Counted from the stretch's first letter, positions 1-10,822 are shown. The stretch is DNA of 64,000 nt from Candidatus Latescibacterota bacterium (GCA_965197905.1 CBDAOB010000004.1:2080001-2144000), one strand, 5' to 3'. Numbers and translations: made by a program. The notes: a model not told the origin generated them from the sequence alone.

Positions 1-2
1 AC

Positions 3-1001
3 CTAAAGGCGATAGCGGAAAAGGTAGCAAAAGGCTCCGGTCTCTTGATCATAGGGGGCACTAAGGCATTTCAAAGCTGGATCGCTACTGAGGGTATAGA
101 GAAGGTTCTCCCAGTAAGATTGGCCAATGCCGCATACGTAGCGAAGGAAATCCCCGTTCGAATATCCGAGGAAAGGCAGAGCCATCCCGTGCTTGCCCCT
201 CTCGCCCGCGACGTTTGGTCCAACATTGCGCCCCTATCGGGGTATGTCCCAACCGTAAAGGAGGATCAGCGGGGCATTTCCCTCATGTACGCTCCGGTCG
301 ATAAAGATCCCCCACTTGTCGTGGCTGGAACATATGGCGCCGGGAAAGTCATTGCAGCATTGTCGCCCTCGTTCTGGCGCTTGGACTTTGTAACCAGCGG
401 TGCGGGGGGCCGGCCGCAGGGCATACGACATTTCTGGCAGAGCGCCGTCCACTGGATTGCGCAAAGAGAGTCAAGTGGTCGCCTACAAGCAGCGCCAGAA
501 CGACAGGTCTATCGCGCGGGTGAGCCATTGACTTTTACGGCGCAGGTATTCGACGAGTTTTTCCGCGCTCAAAACGGCGCGGAGGTAACCGTAGCCTTTG
601 GGGACGTCAGTTTTCAACTGGAAGAGGCCGACGGCGAATACCAAGGTACCTGGGACCGGCAGGGCTTGGAGCCTAGGCCCTACAGTTTTAACGCATCCGC
701 GCGCTATGCAGGCCATGTTATCGGGGAAGATCGTGGCGAATTCGTGATCGAGGGCCACAGCGTTGAGGATGGAGATCTCCGAGCCGATACGCTGCTCTTG
801 CAACAGATCGCCCAAGTCAGCGGGGGCCGTTATGGCCGCCTCGATAACTGGCAGGCGCTGATGCGGTCCCTGAATCTTCAAACTCAGATAGTGGAGGAAA
901 TCGATACGCACCGATTGTGGGGGTCTATCTGGCCGATGGCCGCGGCAATAGCTCTATTAGTTGTGGAATGGACGGTGCGAAAACGCATCGGCATGATCTG
1001 A
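3..1001 (+). CDS. 5'-truncated membrane-anchored protein (class I glutamine-amidotransferase-like fold + Ig-like region + C-terminal TM), of the type usually fused to vWA domains
   Basis: Frame is open from base 3 (LKAIAEKVAKGSGLLIIGG...), so the start lies outside the window. Motifs 'YGAGKVIA...FWR' and 'LLQQIAQVSGGRY', C-terminal TM ending 'LLVVEWTVRKRIGMI'. Confidence 0.55.
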   Translation, partial: LKAIAEKVAKGSGLLIIGGTKAFQSWIATEGIEKVLPVRLANAAYVAKEIPVRISEERQSHPVLAPLARDVWSNIAPLSGYVPTVKEDQRGISLMYAPVDKDPPLVVAGTYGAGKVIAALSPSFWRLDFVTSGAGGRPQGIRHFWQSAVHWIAQRESSGRLQAAPERQVYRAGEPLTFTAQVFDEFFRAQNGAEVTVAFGDVSFQLEEADGEYQGTWDRQGLEPRPYSFNASARYAGHVIGEDRGEFVIEGHSVEDGDLRADTLLLQQIAQVSGGRYGRLDNWQALMRSLNLQTQIVEEIDTHRLWGSIWPMAAAIALLVVEWTVRKRIGMI

Positions 1002-1022
1002 CCGAACTCCGATATTCCATAT

Positions 1023-1886
1023 ATGCGCCGCACACAGTACCCATATGTTACCCTCATTGGCCTGTTTCTGACCCAGACCGCGGTTTCCCCCCAGGTGGTT
1101 CTAAACGAGGTGATGTATGATCCCGCCGGCCCCGAACACCACGACGAATTCGTCGAGCTCAAAAACCTCAACGAATATACATCTGTCGATCTTCACGGCT
1201 GGAGCGTGGGTGATGATGAGGAACTCGACAGCCTGGTCGACGTTGGCGACGGCCTTACCCTTGGTCCTGGGCAACTCGGTCTGGTGCTCGACGCCAGTTA
1301 CTTCGGCAACTCTACGACCTACGAACACGTGCCAACAGACGTTATTTTACTTACTATTAATGATAGGGCGTTCGGCAAGACAGGTTGGTCAAACTCCAGA
1401 AAAGAAACCGTCTTTCTAAGGGATTCCGCCGGCGGTACGGTTGATCTGTTTATCTATTCTTCACAGAGCAGATCGGGTTTTTCCTGGGAACGAGTCGACT
1501 CTACCGGTGAAGGACGCGCGATGTGGGATCTTGCCTTCGTCGCCGGTGGTACACCGGGTGCGATAAACAGTCGCGAGCTCATACATGTGCCGCAGCAGCT
1601 GGAACTCGAAGCGGATCCCAACCCATTCGTCAGGGAGCTCGCCATTCGACTTTCTCTGCCGGCGCGGTCAGGGCTGGCCAATCTCTGGCTTTTCGATATT
1701 GAAGGAACTCGCGTCAGAGAGATACTGAATGGCGACGACGTTTCGACCCACGGCGAATTCCTCTGGGATGGCAAAGACAAGAATGGCCGCGAGGTGCCAC
1801 CCGGACGCTACATTGTTTACGTCGAAGTAAACGTGAGGGGCGTCGTTCAACAGAAGAAAATCGTCGTCGTTCGCACCGTCGAATAA
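1023..1886 (+). CDS. Secreted lamin-tail-domain protein with C-terminal FlgD Ig-like/T9SS-type sorting domain
   Basis: Signal-like N-terminus; LTD motifs 'VVLNEVMYDP...EFVELKN' and 'GTPGAIN'; C-terminal 'PNPF...WDGKDKNGREVPPGRYIV'. Confidence 0.75.
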   Translation: MRRTQYPYVTLIGLFLTQTAVSPQVVLNEVMYDPAGPEHHDEFVELKNLNEYTSVDLHGWSVGDDEELDSLVDVGDGLTLGPGQLGLVLDASYFGNSTTYEHVPTDVILLTINDRAFGKTGWSNSRKETVFLRDSAGGTVDLFIYSSQSRSGFSWERVDSTGEGRAMWDLAFVAGGTPGAINSRELIHVPQQLELEADPNPFVRELAIRLSLPARSGLANLWLFDIEGTRVREILNGDDVSTHGEFLWDGKDKNGREVPPGRYIVYVEVNVRGVVQQKKIVVVRTVE

Positions 1887-2004
1887 TTTTAACCAACCCT
1901 CCAAGCCCATCCCCGGGTCAAGTGGTTGGTTGATAGGTCAACGCATCCCGCTTCCTCTGCTCCCCACCACCCCTGCACAGTTTCACCTCGTTGGAGTCCA
2001 ACCG

Positions 2005-4344
2005 ATGGTTAGCGATGCGCGTCACAATCCGGGCGGTAGAAAAGGATCGAGGGCGATCGGTGTCATCCTGCTCGCGCTTGGCATTTTTCTGGCCGTAAGC
2101 CTCTTATCCTATTCGCCGCAGGACTATCCGAATTCCAGCAATTCGCCAAACGACAGCACGAACTGGGCAGGATACACCGGAGCCTACTTCGCATTCGGGG
2201 CGTTCTTTGGAATCGGATACGCGGCCTATCTCCTTCCAGTACTTGCTCTGGTCTGGGGCTGGAACCGCCTATGTCAGAACTCGATCTCACACGCACTATA
2301 CCGCACGGGAACCCTTCTTAGTGTCTGCTTGCTTTTCTGCGTTGGAGCTGGACTGCCGCTCTATTCCTCATACACCGCGTTCGAACTCGGCGGCTGGCTC
2401 GGTACCTACTCAAGCGAAGTAGTGCTCATCCCCTACGCAGGTCGAATCGGATCAGCCATCCTGTTGGTGGCTCTGTCGATAGCGGCATTGATGTTGACTA
2501 CAGATGTGAATCTGCGGCCTGTTGCGAGAGCCGCAAGAGCCCTCTGGGCTTCGAAAAAGCTACATGTTCTGATGAATACGTTCATTGCATTGGGAAGAGT
2601 CCCGCACCTGTTGTGGTCGCGGGCAGGTTACTACCTGAAATATTTCCGATCAAACTCAGGCAACACAAAGCTCCGAATGCCCGATCCAAAAGAAACCTAC
2701 AGCAGTGTCGACAGTCTACATGACACAGACATCGATGGAAACCACCTAGTGTTTTCAACGGGAGAACAGGAAGCGCCTCCAGAGATCCGGCGTGATATAC
2801 CAATTACGGCGCCCCCCGTGCGAATGCCGTCTGGGGACAGCAAAACCCCCGGCCCCAATGTCAACTGGAAAAAGAGAACACAGTCGCCTCATTTCCGCAT
2901 GCCAATAGTCGGCGTGGTGATGGATACGGTACCCAACAATCCCGGAGAGCTCAGTAGGGAAGAGCTGCTTGAGAATGCCCGCGTTCTAGAGGAAGCCCTG
3001 AGCGACTTCGATGTAACCTGTAAGGTTGTTGAGGTGATTCCCGGACCCGTTGTCACCCGCTACGAATTGGAGCCAGCCTCCGGAGTTAAGGTCAATAGGA
3101 TTGTCACCCTTACAGACGATCTGGCGCGGGTTATGAGCGCGCGTGGCATACGCATCCAAGCACCCGTACCCGGCAAGTCTGTCGTTGGCATCGAAATTGC
3201 CAACCAGACCAACGAGGTCGTCTATTTGCGAGATATACTCGAATCCGAAGAGTTCAAGAAGGCGCCATCAAAGCTCACCATGGCCTTGGGTAAATCGATC
3301 ACCGGGGAATCATTTGTCGCAGATCTTGCTAAAATGCCCCACTTGCTAATTGCGGGTGCGACGGGCTCGGGGAAAAGCGTCTGCATCAACAGTTTGATCT
3401 CAAGTATCCTGTTTAAGGCAAGTCCGGAGGAGGTTCGCCTGCTGATGGTCGATCCCAAGGTCGTCGAACTGACGGTCTACAACGGGATCCCGCATCTACT
3501 CGTACCGGTAATCACTGAGCCACAGCGCGCTTCGGAGGCGTTACGGTGGACGGTTGCGGAGATGGAGGTTCGCTACCGGAAGCTTGCCGAGTTGGGGGTC
3601 CGCAACCTGGCGGATTACAACCGGAAGCTGCCGAAGGTCAACAAGGAGGACGAAAAAGCTGGAATCGAGCCTACGAATCCCCTCCCCTACATCGTTGTCA
3701 TCGTCGACGAGTTTTCTGATCTGATGTTGACGGCTCCAGCAGATGTCGAAACGTCCCTCATGAGCCTCGCCCAGAAATCACGTGCTGTCGGCATCCACAT
3801 CATTTTGGCCACCCAAAGGCCTTCCGTCAACGTAATCACGGGCGTCATCAAAGCTAATTTTCCATCGAGGATCGCATTCCAGGTGCCATCAAAAACCGAT
3901 TCGCGCACCATTCTCGACCTCAACGGGGCCGAACGTCTGTTGGGTAGGGGAGATATGCTCTTTCTCCCAGCTGGTCAGGGTGAACCGATCCGTGTTCACG
4001 GCGCCTACATATCCGGAGACGAAATCGAGCGTCTGGTGGAGTCCCTGCAGGATTCCGAATACGAAACCGAAGATGTTGCGGTCTTCTCAGCGCATGCGGA
4101 TATTAACGACTCGTCTGCCGACGACCGTGATGAGTTGTTCGATGAAGCGGTCCGGCTGACGGTTGAATCTGAGCAGGCTTCGACCTCGTACCTCCAACGA
4201 CGCATGAAGATCGGGTACTCGCGCGCGGCGCGCCTCATGGACGAACTCGAGGCCGCCGGAATTGTTGGTCCGGCCGAGGGCGCCAAGCCGCGGAAGATCT
4301 TCGTGACGGCAGAAGATCTGGAAGGGACTACCGCAAATCCGTGA
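2005..4344 (+). CDS. ftsK: DNA translocase FtsK
   Basis: 4TM N-domain, Walker A GATGSGKS, VVIVDEF, LATQRPS, gamma domain 'STSYLQRRMKIGYSRAARLMDELE'. Start moved to ATG 2005 behind GGAG. Confidence 0.97.
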   Translation: MVSDARHNPGGRKGSRAIGVILLALGIFLAVSLLSYSPQDYPNSSNSPNDSTNWAGYTGAYFAFGAFFGIGYAAYLLPVLALVWGWNRLCQNSISHALYRTGTLLSVCLLFCVGAGLPLYSSYTAFELGGWLGTYSSEVVLIPYAGRIGSAILLVALSIAALMLTTDVNLRPVARAARALWASKKLHVLMNTFIALGRVPHLLWSRAGYYLKYFRSNSGNTKLRMPDPKETYSSVDSLHDTDIDGNHLVFSTGEQEAPPEIRRDIPITAPPVRMPSGDSKTPGPNVNWKKRTQSPHFRMPIVGVVMDTVPNNPGELSREELLENARVLEEALSDFDVTCKVVEVIPGPVVTRYELEPASGVKVNRIVTLTDDLARVMSARGIRIQAPVPGKSVVGIEIANQTNEVVYLRDILESEEFKKAPSKLTMALGKSITGESFVADLAKMPHLLIAGATGSGKSVCINSLISSILFKASPEEVRLLMVDPKVVELTVYNGIPHLLVPVITEPQRASEALRWTVAEMEVRYRKLAELGVRNLADYNRKLPKVNKEDEKAGIEPTNPLPYIVVIVDEFSDLMLTAPADVETSLMSLAQKSRAVGIHIILATQRPSVNVITGVIKANFPSRIAFQVPSKTDSRTILDLNGAERLLGRGDMLFLPAGQGEPIRVHGAYISGDEIERLVESLQDSEYETEDVAVFSAHADINDSSADDRDELFDEAVRLTVESEQASTSYLQRRMKIGYSRAARLMDELEAAGIVGPAEGAKPRKIFVTAEDLEGTTANP

Positions 4345-5024
4345 TTGAAGTCGAAGGTTGGCGCTGGACAAGAGTCTGGTCACTTCTGCTGGTGCTCCTT
4401 GCCGAGGGTTCTTGGACACCGGCGTTCAGTGCGCGGAGCGGCGCCGAGATTCTCGCCGAGATCGAAAAGAGATTCGGCACCTACAAGACCTTCTCCGCCA
4501 GGTTTGAAAAGCAGTTCTATTGGGCGATTCTCGATGAAAAACACACGCGTCAGGGCCGCATTTACACCCGACATCCCAACCAGTTTCGAGTCGAGACGGA
4601 TGACGGCAACATGGTGTTGGCAGACGGGCAGACGATCTGGGCTTTCGTCAAGCAAAATGAACAGATAATCGCCAGTTCATACGATGGGGAATTGCGTACG
4701 CCGTGGGAGATACTCCTGGCCTACACGGCAAACTACCTCCCCGTCCAGGTGGAGGAGCTCAAATACGAGGGACGACCTGCCTTTGCCGTCAGCCTGAGGC
4801 CGCGACTGCAAAATTCTTCCATTAGCCAGCTGAAGATCTGGGTGAGCAAAAAAGATTGGTTTCTATTGAAGGTCAAACAAACAGAAACAAACAACGACGT
4901 GACGACTTATCTCCTCAAAGAGCACGAGCCCAACAAGAAACTGGACGAGGATCTGTTCGCATTCGATCCACCTGAAAACGTTGAGCTAATAGATCAGAGA
5001 AGATCTGCTTCGCCGGATCGATAA
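4341..5024 (+). CDS. lolA: Outer-membrane lipoprotein carrier LolA family protein
   Basis: 'FSARFEKQ...HPNQFRVE...LADGQTIW...FAFDPPENVELID'; conserved ftsK-lolA order. Confidence 0.85.
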   Translation: MIEVEGWRWTRVWSLLLVLLAEGSWTPAFSARSGAEILAEIEKRFGTYKTFSARFEKQFYWAILDEKHTRQGRIYTRHPNQFRVETDDGNMVLADGQTIWAFVKQNEQIIASSYDGELRTPWEILLAYTANYLPVQVEELKYEGRPAFAVSLRPRLQNSSISQLKIWVSKKDWFLLKVKQTETNNDVTTYLLKEHEPNKKLDEDLFAFDPPENVELIDQRRSASPDR

Positions 5025-5099
5025 GGTGCTCGCCGCACCCGTCAATCGCTCTTCACATTGACTCTTAATCCTTCCAATCAGACTCGTCGATTCTTGACG

Positions 5100-6722
5100 A
5101 TGGTTACGACCGGCATCCTGTTGTCAGCGAGCAACCTCCATGCAGTCGCAACCGAGTTCTGGGTGTTGCTCGACAATAAACCAGGTCTAGATGGCGCCAG
5201 GATTTCATGGAATCGGAACCCGCTGCACCACGAAAATGAAGTTCTGAATCTTCCGTTGAATCCGGGTTACATAGCTGAAGTTGCCGCCACAGGTGCGAAG
5301 ATCCGCGTTTGTTCGCGGTGGTTCAACGCCGTAAGCGTCAGCGCCGATCAAGAAACCGCGTTGCGCATCGACAACCTGCCGTTCGTGCGGGGCCTGGAAC
5401 CTGTGCCAAAGGCGCGGAGAGTTCAATACGAACCCGGTATCGCGTCTGATACGTTTTCCAAACCGACGCAGGACGAGTACGGCCCCTCTCTTGCCCAACT
5501 GGCGCAGATCGGTGTGGTCGCGTTGCACGGCGAGGGTTATCGCGGGCAGGGAATCCGCATTGCGGTACTGGACAATGGATTCCATTACACCGAACATCAG
5601 GCATTCGAGCAAATGAGGATCGTCGAAGAGTTCGACTTTGTAAACAACGACGAAATCGTTTCAGATCAGGATAATCAGCCGACTACCGGTGACGAAACCG
5701 CGTCAAATCAGAATATTCACGGTGCCCAGGTCCTGTCCATTCTGGGAGGTTTCGACCCTGGACGTCTCGTCGGTGTTGCGCCGGAAGCGGAATATCTCTT
5801 GGCGAAAACCGAAGACAACGACAGCGAGTTGCCGATCGAGGAGGATTGGTGGATTGCAGGGGTCGAATGGGCAGACAGCCTTCAGGCCGATGTTATAAAC
5901 AGCTCCCTTGGGTACAACACATGGGAGGACGGAACGGGATACGAATACCAGGATCTCGACGGCATGACGGCAAGAACCACAGTGGCGGCTGAAATAGCGT
6001 CCCGCATGGGAATGGTACTGGTCGTTTCCGCCGGTAACGAAGGGGACAAACCGTGGACCTACGTCACGACCCCGGCAGACGCTGACGCTGCCCTCGCCGT
6101 CGGCGCCGTGGACGCCCGAAACCAAATCCTTGCCTTCAGCTCCCGCGGCCCGACAGCCGACGGTCGCATCAAGCCAGACCTGGTCGCCCCCGGCGGTGCG
6201 GTGCTGATGGCCGCAGTGCGAAACGGCAACTACGTGCGCAATCGTGGCACATCATTCGCCGCGCCTCTTGTTAGCGGCGTTTGCGCTCTGCTGCTCCAGA
6301 TAGAACCGTTGGATCCCGAGACGATGCGCCAACGGTTGCGTTCCACAGCCACCGACTTGGGGCCCGTCGGACCTGACACCTTGTACGGTTGGGGTCTGGT
6401 CAATGCTCTTGCCGCCATGGGGGTAGGAGTCCCCGACGTGAGCGCTTCGGATTCCCCCTACCCGAACCCGAACACGAGCGGAGTCGTCCATTTCCCGCTC
6501 CTATTGTCAACACCAGATGAGGTCTCGGTCCGCATCTTTGATATTGCCGGCGCAATTGTGGATCAGCTACCACCCCGGCCGTTTGCAGCCGGCGATTTCA
6601 GACGCCCCGAGCGTGCCTTGAGATGGACCGTTCCCCCTGGTTTGGGCAACGGAGTATACCAGTTCGTATTACAGACCACGTCGTTCACACGACACGGGAA
6701 GATCGCGCTCGTCCGCGATTAG
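5100..6722 (+). CDS. Secreted subtilisin-like S8 serine peptidase with C-terminal sorting-like domain
   Basis: Catalytic motifs AVLDNG, HGAQV and GTSFAAP; oxyanion SAGNEG; C-terminal 'PYPNP...VRIFDIAG...GVY'. Start uncertain (5058 TTG or 5100 ATG). Confidence 0.9.
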   Translation: MVTTGILLSASNLHAVATEFWVLLDNKPGLDGARISWNRNPLHHENEVLNLPLNPGYIAEVAATGAKIRVCSRWFNAVSVSADQETALRIDNLPFVRGLEPVPKARRVQYEPGIASDTFSKPTQDEYGPSLAQLAQIGVVALHGEGYRGQGIRIAVLDNGFHYTEHQAFEQMRIVEEFDFVNNDEIVSDQDNQPTTGDETASNQNIHGAQVLSILGGFDPGRLVGVAPEAEYLLAKTEDNDSELPIEEDWWIAGVEWADSLQADVINSSLGYNTWEDGTGYEYQDLDGMTARTTVAAEIASRMGMVLVVSAGNEGDKPWTYVTTPADADAALAVGAVDARNQILAFSSRGPTADGRIKPDLVAPGGAVLMAAVRNGNYVRNRGTSFAAPLVSGVCALLLQIEPLDPETMRQRLRSTATDLGPVGPDTLYGWGLVNALAAMGVGVPDVSASDSPYPNPNTSGVVHFPLLLSTPDEVSVRIFDIAGAIVDQLPPRPFAAGDFRRPERALRWTVPPGLGNGVYQFVLQTTSFTRHGKIALVRD

Positions 6723-6736
6723 CTTCGTCACCTGCC

Positions 6737-7213
6737 ATGGCAATGCCCCAGTTTGAGTTCCGGTGGCCCAACGGGTATGTAGTGCTTGCGGTTCTTCTTT
6801 TGGTACCTCTGTACATGATTGTCCGCGTCACGGGAGGTTCGCTGGAGAAGGTGCGCGAGCTTCCCGAGCTAATCGATCGATTTCAGAACCCACTTGTGTG
6901 GAGTGTGCCGGAAGGGGGCGTTCGTTACTTGCACATATTCGATGGGGAGCCGACGGAAGGAAGCAAGTTCGTTCTCGTCCAGATTCAAATGGAAGCCCGA
7001 ATGAAAATCGGTTACGAGATTACTCCCTCTAGTTTTCGTCTCGTCGATGACATGGATGAGACCTACCTTCCCCTCGTTCGCTCTCCGTTGTTCCTGAACA
7101 GATCCACCAGTTTCGGTTTAGATCGCGGTGACGTATTTGAGGACGAATTGCTGTTCGAAATACCCCTTGAACGAAAATCGGTCCGACTCTTGTTCGACCG
7201 ATACTGGGAATAA
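6737..7213 (+). CDS. Membrane-anchored DUF4352-like Ig-fold protein
   Basis: N-terminal TM; 'EGSKFVLVQIQME...ITPSSFRLVDD...LLFEIP'. Start moved to ATG 6737 to avoid overlapping the S8 gene. Confidence 0.6.
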   Translation: MAMPQFEFRWPNGYVVLAVLLLVPLYMIVRVTGGSLEKVRELPELIDRFQNPLVWSVPEGGVRYLHIFDGEPTEGSKFVLVQIQMEARMKIGYEITPSSFRLVDDMDETYLPLVRSPLFLNRSTSFGLDRGDVFEDELLFEIPLERKSVRLLFDRYWE

Positions 7214-7223
7214 GGAGGACACC

Positions 7224-8322
7224 ATGCCGGCACTTGAAGACGAGCTACTCAGCTGCAGGGAACATTTGGAGCGGTTGGGAGGGTACCTTTGACCTGGAGT
7301 CGAAGAAAAACACGCTCGACGCCCTCGAAAAGGAGATGGCCCATCCGGACTTTTGGAACGATCGACAGAATGCGGAATCCGTAGGTCGCCGGGCCCGGGT
7401 CTTGCGAGATCAAATTGGTTCATGGCAGAAACTGAGTAGTAACCTCGAGGACCTCTTCGAACTACACACGATTGCCGAAGAAGAGAGTGACGTATCGACC
7501 CTCGAGGAGGTCGAAGCCGAGCTCGGCGTGATCGCGGAGAAAATCGGCGACCTCGAATTTAGAAATCTATTGAGCGACGATGATGACCCGAAAAACGCGA
7601 TAATAGACATTAACTCCGGTGCCGGCGGCACTGAAGCTGCGGATTGGGCAGAAATGTTGATGCGCATGTACACGCGCTGGATTGAGCGCAACGACTTCCA
7701 AAGCCAAGTCATGGATATACAAGCTGCGGAAGAAGCCGGCATCAAGAGTGTTACGCTAGAAGTCCGAGGAGACTATGCATACGGATACCTCAAAGCCGAG
7801 GCCGGAGTACATCGTCTGGTTCGGATTTCGCCGTTCGATTCGAACAGCCGGCGTCACACCTCGTTTGCGTCGGTGTTTGTGTACCCCGAAATCGAAGGCG
7901 ACGTGGAAGTCGATCTTCGTGATGAGGACCTCCAGATCGAGGTCTATCGGGCAGGTGGAGCTGGGGGGCAGCACGTAAATAAGACATCATCCGCGGTCCG
8001 CATCAAACACATACCCACCGGCATAACTGTTCAGTGCCAGAATGAGAGATCGCAGTTCAAAAACAAAGGCACGGCGATGAAGGTGCTGTCGGCGCGCCTT
8101 TACAAGCATTTCAAGGAGGAGGAACAGAAAAAACTCGATGCCGTCGAGAGCTCAAAGAAGAGCATCGATTTCGGCAGTCAAATCCGTTCGTACGTGTTCC
8201 AGCCCTACAATTTGGTCAAAGACCATCGGACGGGTCATGAAACGGCTAGTATTCAGGCCGTGATGGACGGAGACATCGACGATTTCATAAAAGCGTTTCT
8301 TACCCAAGCGAAGACGAGTTGA
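7224..8322 (+). CDS. prfB: Peptide chain release factor 2 (needs +1 programmed frameshift)
   Basis: AAGGAGG RBS, then ATG 7224 reading MPALEDELLSCREHLERLGGYL to CTT-TGA-C. The +1 frame continues DLESKK...; SPF and GGQ motifs present. Confidence 0.97.
7277..7293 (+). other. RF2 +1 frameshift cassette (internal SD GGGAGGG, TAC, CTT TGA C)
   Basis: Matches the canonical prfB slippery site with its upstream Shine-Dalgarno-like element. Confidence 0.95.
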
Positions 8323-8326
8323 GGCG

Positions 8327-9586
8327 TTGCGCTACGAACTTTTCATCGCCAGGCGCTATCTACGCTCCAAACAAAAAACCGGAATTATCTCGACCATCAC
8401 CTACATCGCTGTGGGTGGGGTAGTGCTGGGTGTGGCGGCCCTGGTCATCATCTTATCCGTAGCTAACGGGTTTTCGGGGGAGGTAAAAAACCGCCTGCTG
8501 GGGATGAACGCTCACGTCAGTGTGCAAAAGTACTACGGCGACACCATTGAGGAATACGAAGCGACAGGGAATCTACTTGAATCGCTGCCGGGAATCGTGG
8601 CCGCAGCTCCCATCATAGACGCCAAGGTTGGCATCGCGGCAAAAGGCAATCTTGAAAAATTTGATGGCGTAGTACTCTGGGGCATCGAACCTGACAGCTT
8701 TTCCGCAGTCTCCGACCTGCCGGCACACCTCACATATGAGCAGAGTGATGCTCTCTTGCTGGACCCCCCGAAAGGCTCGAAGTATCCTGGCATAATCCTC
8801 GGAGAGCACCTGAGTCGCCGACTGCGGGTCGGTCCCGGAGATGAGGTTCTGCTCATCACCTTCAACAAAGGACTTGAAGAGGCGATCGTGGGTGGAATCG
8901 CACCGCGCCTGTGGCCATTTGTTGTGACGGATACCTTCGAAAGCGGCATGTATCAATATGATGACAGCTACGCATTCATATCTCTTGCAGATGCGCAGAA
9001 GATTCTCGGACTTGGCGTCGGCGTCAACAAACTCCATCTGCGCGTCGAGGACATAGATCAGGTCGCCTCGATTCGGTCGACGATCGAGGAGTCGCTGGGT
9101 TATCCGTACAATGTCAGAGATTGGACGCAGCTATTCCCCGAGTTTTTTCGATGGATGGAGCTGGAGAAGTGGGCGATATTTATTGCGTTGAGCCTCATAA
9201 TACTCGTGGCCGCCTTCAATATCATGTCGATACTCGCCATGTCGATTCTGGCGAAAACGCCAGAGATCGGCATACTCAGGACCATGGGTTCGACCGCGTC
9301 CGGAATTCGCCGGATATTCGTATATCAGGGCATGGTGATCGGCTCCGCTGGGACAATCCTCGGGTGTCTGATCGGGTTCGTTTTGTGCGTGTTGCAGCAG
9401 CGATTCAAGCTGATTTCCATTCCAGGGGACGTCTACATCATAAATTCGCTTCCGATTGATATGGAATCGTTGGATTTCGCCTTGGTATCCGCCGTGAGCC
9501 TCGGCATCTGTTGGTTGGTGTCCTCCTATTCAGCTCGAAAGGCTGCCGCGCTGATGCCCGTCGAGGCGATTCGCTACATATTGTAG
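8327..9586 (+). CDS. lolC: Lipoprotein-releasing ABC transporter permease LolC/E
   Basis: 'ELFIARRYLRSK', 'VAALVIILSVANGF', 'EIGILRTMG', C-terminal 'PVEAIRY'. Confidence 0.9.
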   Translation: MRYELFIARRYLRSKQKTGIISTITYIAVGGVVLGVAALVIILSVANGFSGEVKNRLLGMNAHVSVQKYYGDTIEEYEATGNLLESLPGIVAAAPIIDAKVGIAAKGNLEKFDGVVLWGIEPDSFSAVSDLPAHLTYEQSDALLLDPPKGSKYPGIILGEHLSRRLRVGPGDEVLLITFNKGLEEAIVGGIAPRLWPFVVTDTFESGMYQYDDSYAFISLADAQKILGLGVGVNKLHLRVEDIDQVASIRSTIEESLGYPYNVRDWTQLFPEFFRWMELEKWAIFIALSLIILVAAFNIMSILAMSILAKTPEIGILRTMGSTASGIRRIFVYQGMVIGSAGTILGCLIGFVLCVLQQRFKLISIPGDVYIINSLPIDMESLDFALVSAVSLGICWLVSSYSARKAAALMPVEAIRYIL

Positions 9587-10279
9587 ATGTGTTCGGGAAT
9601 GACTGCTTCACCTGCATTGCAGGCGAGAGGAATTCAGAAGGTGTTTCGGTCGGGAGACGAGGAGCTCGTCGTTCTCGAAGATGTGAATCTGGAGGTTTGT
9701 CGGGGAGAAGTATTGGCCATAACCGGGGCTTCGGGTGTGGGCAAGAGCACTTTGTTACATATCATGGGGACGCTGGAGCGTCCGTCAGGTGGTGAGCTGG
9801 AGATCGATGGTCAACGAGTCTTTGAGCTTACCGAAACGGAAACGGCCCAATTTCGCAACCGCCACATCGGCTTCGTATTTCAGTTTCACCACCTTTTGCC
9901 GGAATTCACGGCCCTTGAAAACGTTCTTCTTCCCGGAATGATTGCTGGAATCGATGTAGCCGAGCTGAGAAAGTACGCCACCGAACTGCTCGGTACCGTG
10001 GGGCTGCAGGATCGCATGGAGCATCGTCCGGGCGAGCTTTCGGGGGGCGAGTGTCAGCGAGTTGCCGTTGCCAGGGCACTGGCCATGAAACCAAAGATCG
10101 TACTGGCCGATGAACCATCGGGCAACCTGGATACTGCCACTAGCGCGACGCTGCACGGAATGATTAAAGATCTCGCGAAAGCAGAAAATCAGACGTTTGT
10201 GATAATGACCCACGACCAGTCGCTTGCTTGCAGCGCAGATCGCGTCGGAAAACTCGAATATCGTTCGCTGCTTCTGTGA
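9587..10279 (+). CDS. lolD: Lipoprotein-releasing ABC transporter ATPase LolD
   Basis: GASGVGKS, 'GFVFQFHHLLPEFTALENV', LSGGE, ADEP. Confidence 0.9.
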   Translation: MCSGMTASPALQARGIQKVFRSGDEELVVLEDVNLEVCRGEVLAITGASGVGKSTLLHIMGTLERPSGGELEIDGQRVFELTETETAQFRNRHIGFVFQFHHLLPEFTALENVLLPGMIAGIDVAELRKYATELLGTVGLQDRMEHRPGELSGGECQRVAVARALAMKPKIVLADEPSGNLDTATSATLHGMIKDLAKAENQTFVIMTHDQSLACSADRVGKLEYRSLLL

Positions 10280-10282
10280 GGA

Positions 10283-10822
10283 ATGTTGATCATGAAATGC
10301 GAACAATGTAACCAACACGAGGCAACTGTCGAGTTTACGCACATCGTCGAAAGCGAGAAGAGAACCAGCCGCCTGTGCAGTGCTTGTGCATCGCAGATCA
10401 AGGGTGCTGAGAGTGAAAGCCCCGCCGTCGAAACAAAGGTGAAAAAGGCAACCGCCAAAGCCTTGAAGGAAGAAGACTCATCTACAGCGGCGCGCTGTGG
10501 TGGTTGTGGAGCAACCTACGAGGACTTCAAGAAGTCGGGCAGATTGAGTTGCCCCGAGTGTTATATTGCTTTCCAACCACAGGTTGACCGACTCTTAAAC
10601 CGTTTGCACGGCGCTGTGCAACATCGAGGCAAGAACAAAGCCTCGCCGCAAGATCTACCGGATCCGGGTGACGAACTCGAAACGTTGCAGGCAGAGCTGG
10701 AAGCGGCCGTCGCGGAGGAGGCCTTCGAGCGAGCGGCAGAGCTTCGCGACCGGATCAAACAGGTCGAAACCGAGTTGGACGACGGCGGCCCAGATCAGGA
10801 AACCACAGAGCAACCAGTTTGA
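10283..10822 (+). CDS. mcsA: McsA, activator of protein-arginine kinase (4x CXXC + UVR domain)
   Basis: CEQC, CSAC, CGGC and CPEC motifs; UVR motif 'EEAFERAAELRDRI'; directly upstream of mcsB. Confidence 0.92.
   Translation: MLIMKCEQCNQHEATVEFTHIVESEKRTSRLCSACASQIKGAESESPAVETKVKKATAKALKEEDSSTAARCGGCGATYEDFKKSGRLSCPECYIAFQPQVDRLLNRLHGAVQHRGKNKASPQDLPDPGDELETLQAELEAAVAEEAFERAAELRDRIKQVETELDDGGPDQETTEQPV

Noticed and set aside
7234..7290. ORF-track N-terminus of RF2 (MKTSYSAAG...)
   Set aside because: Artefact of the programmed frameshift; the real start is ATG 7224.
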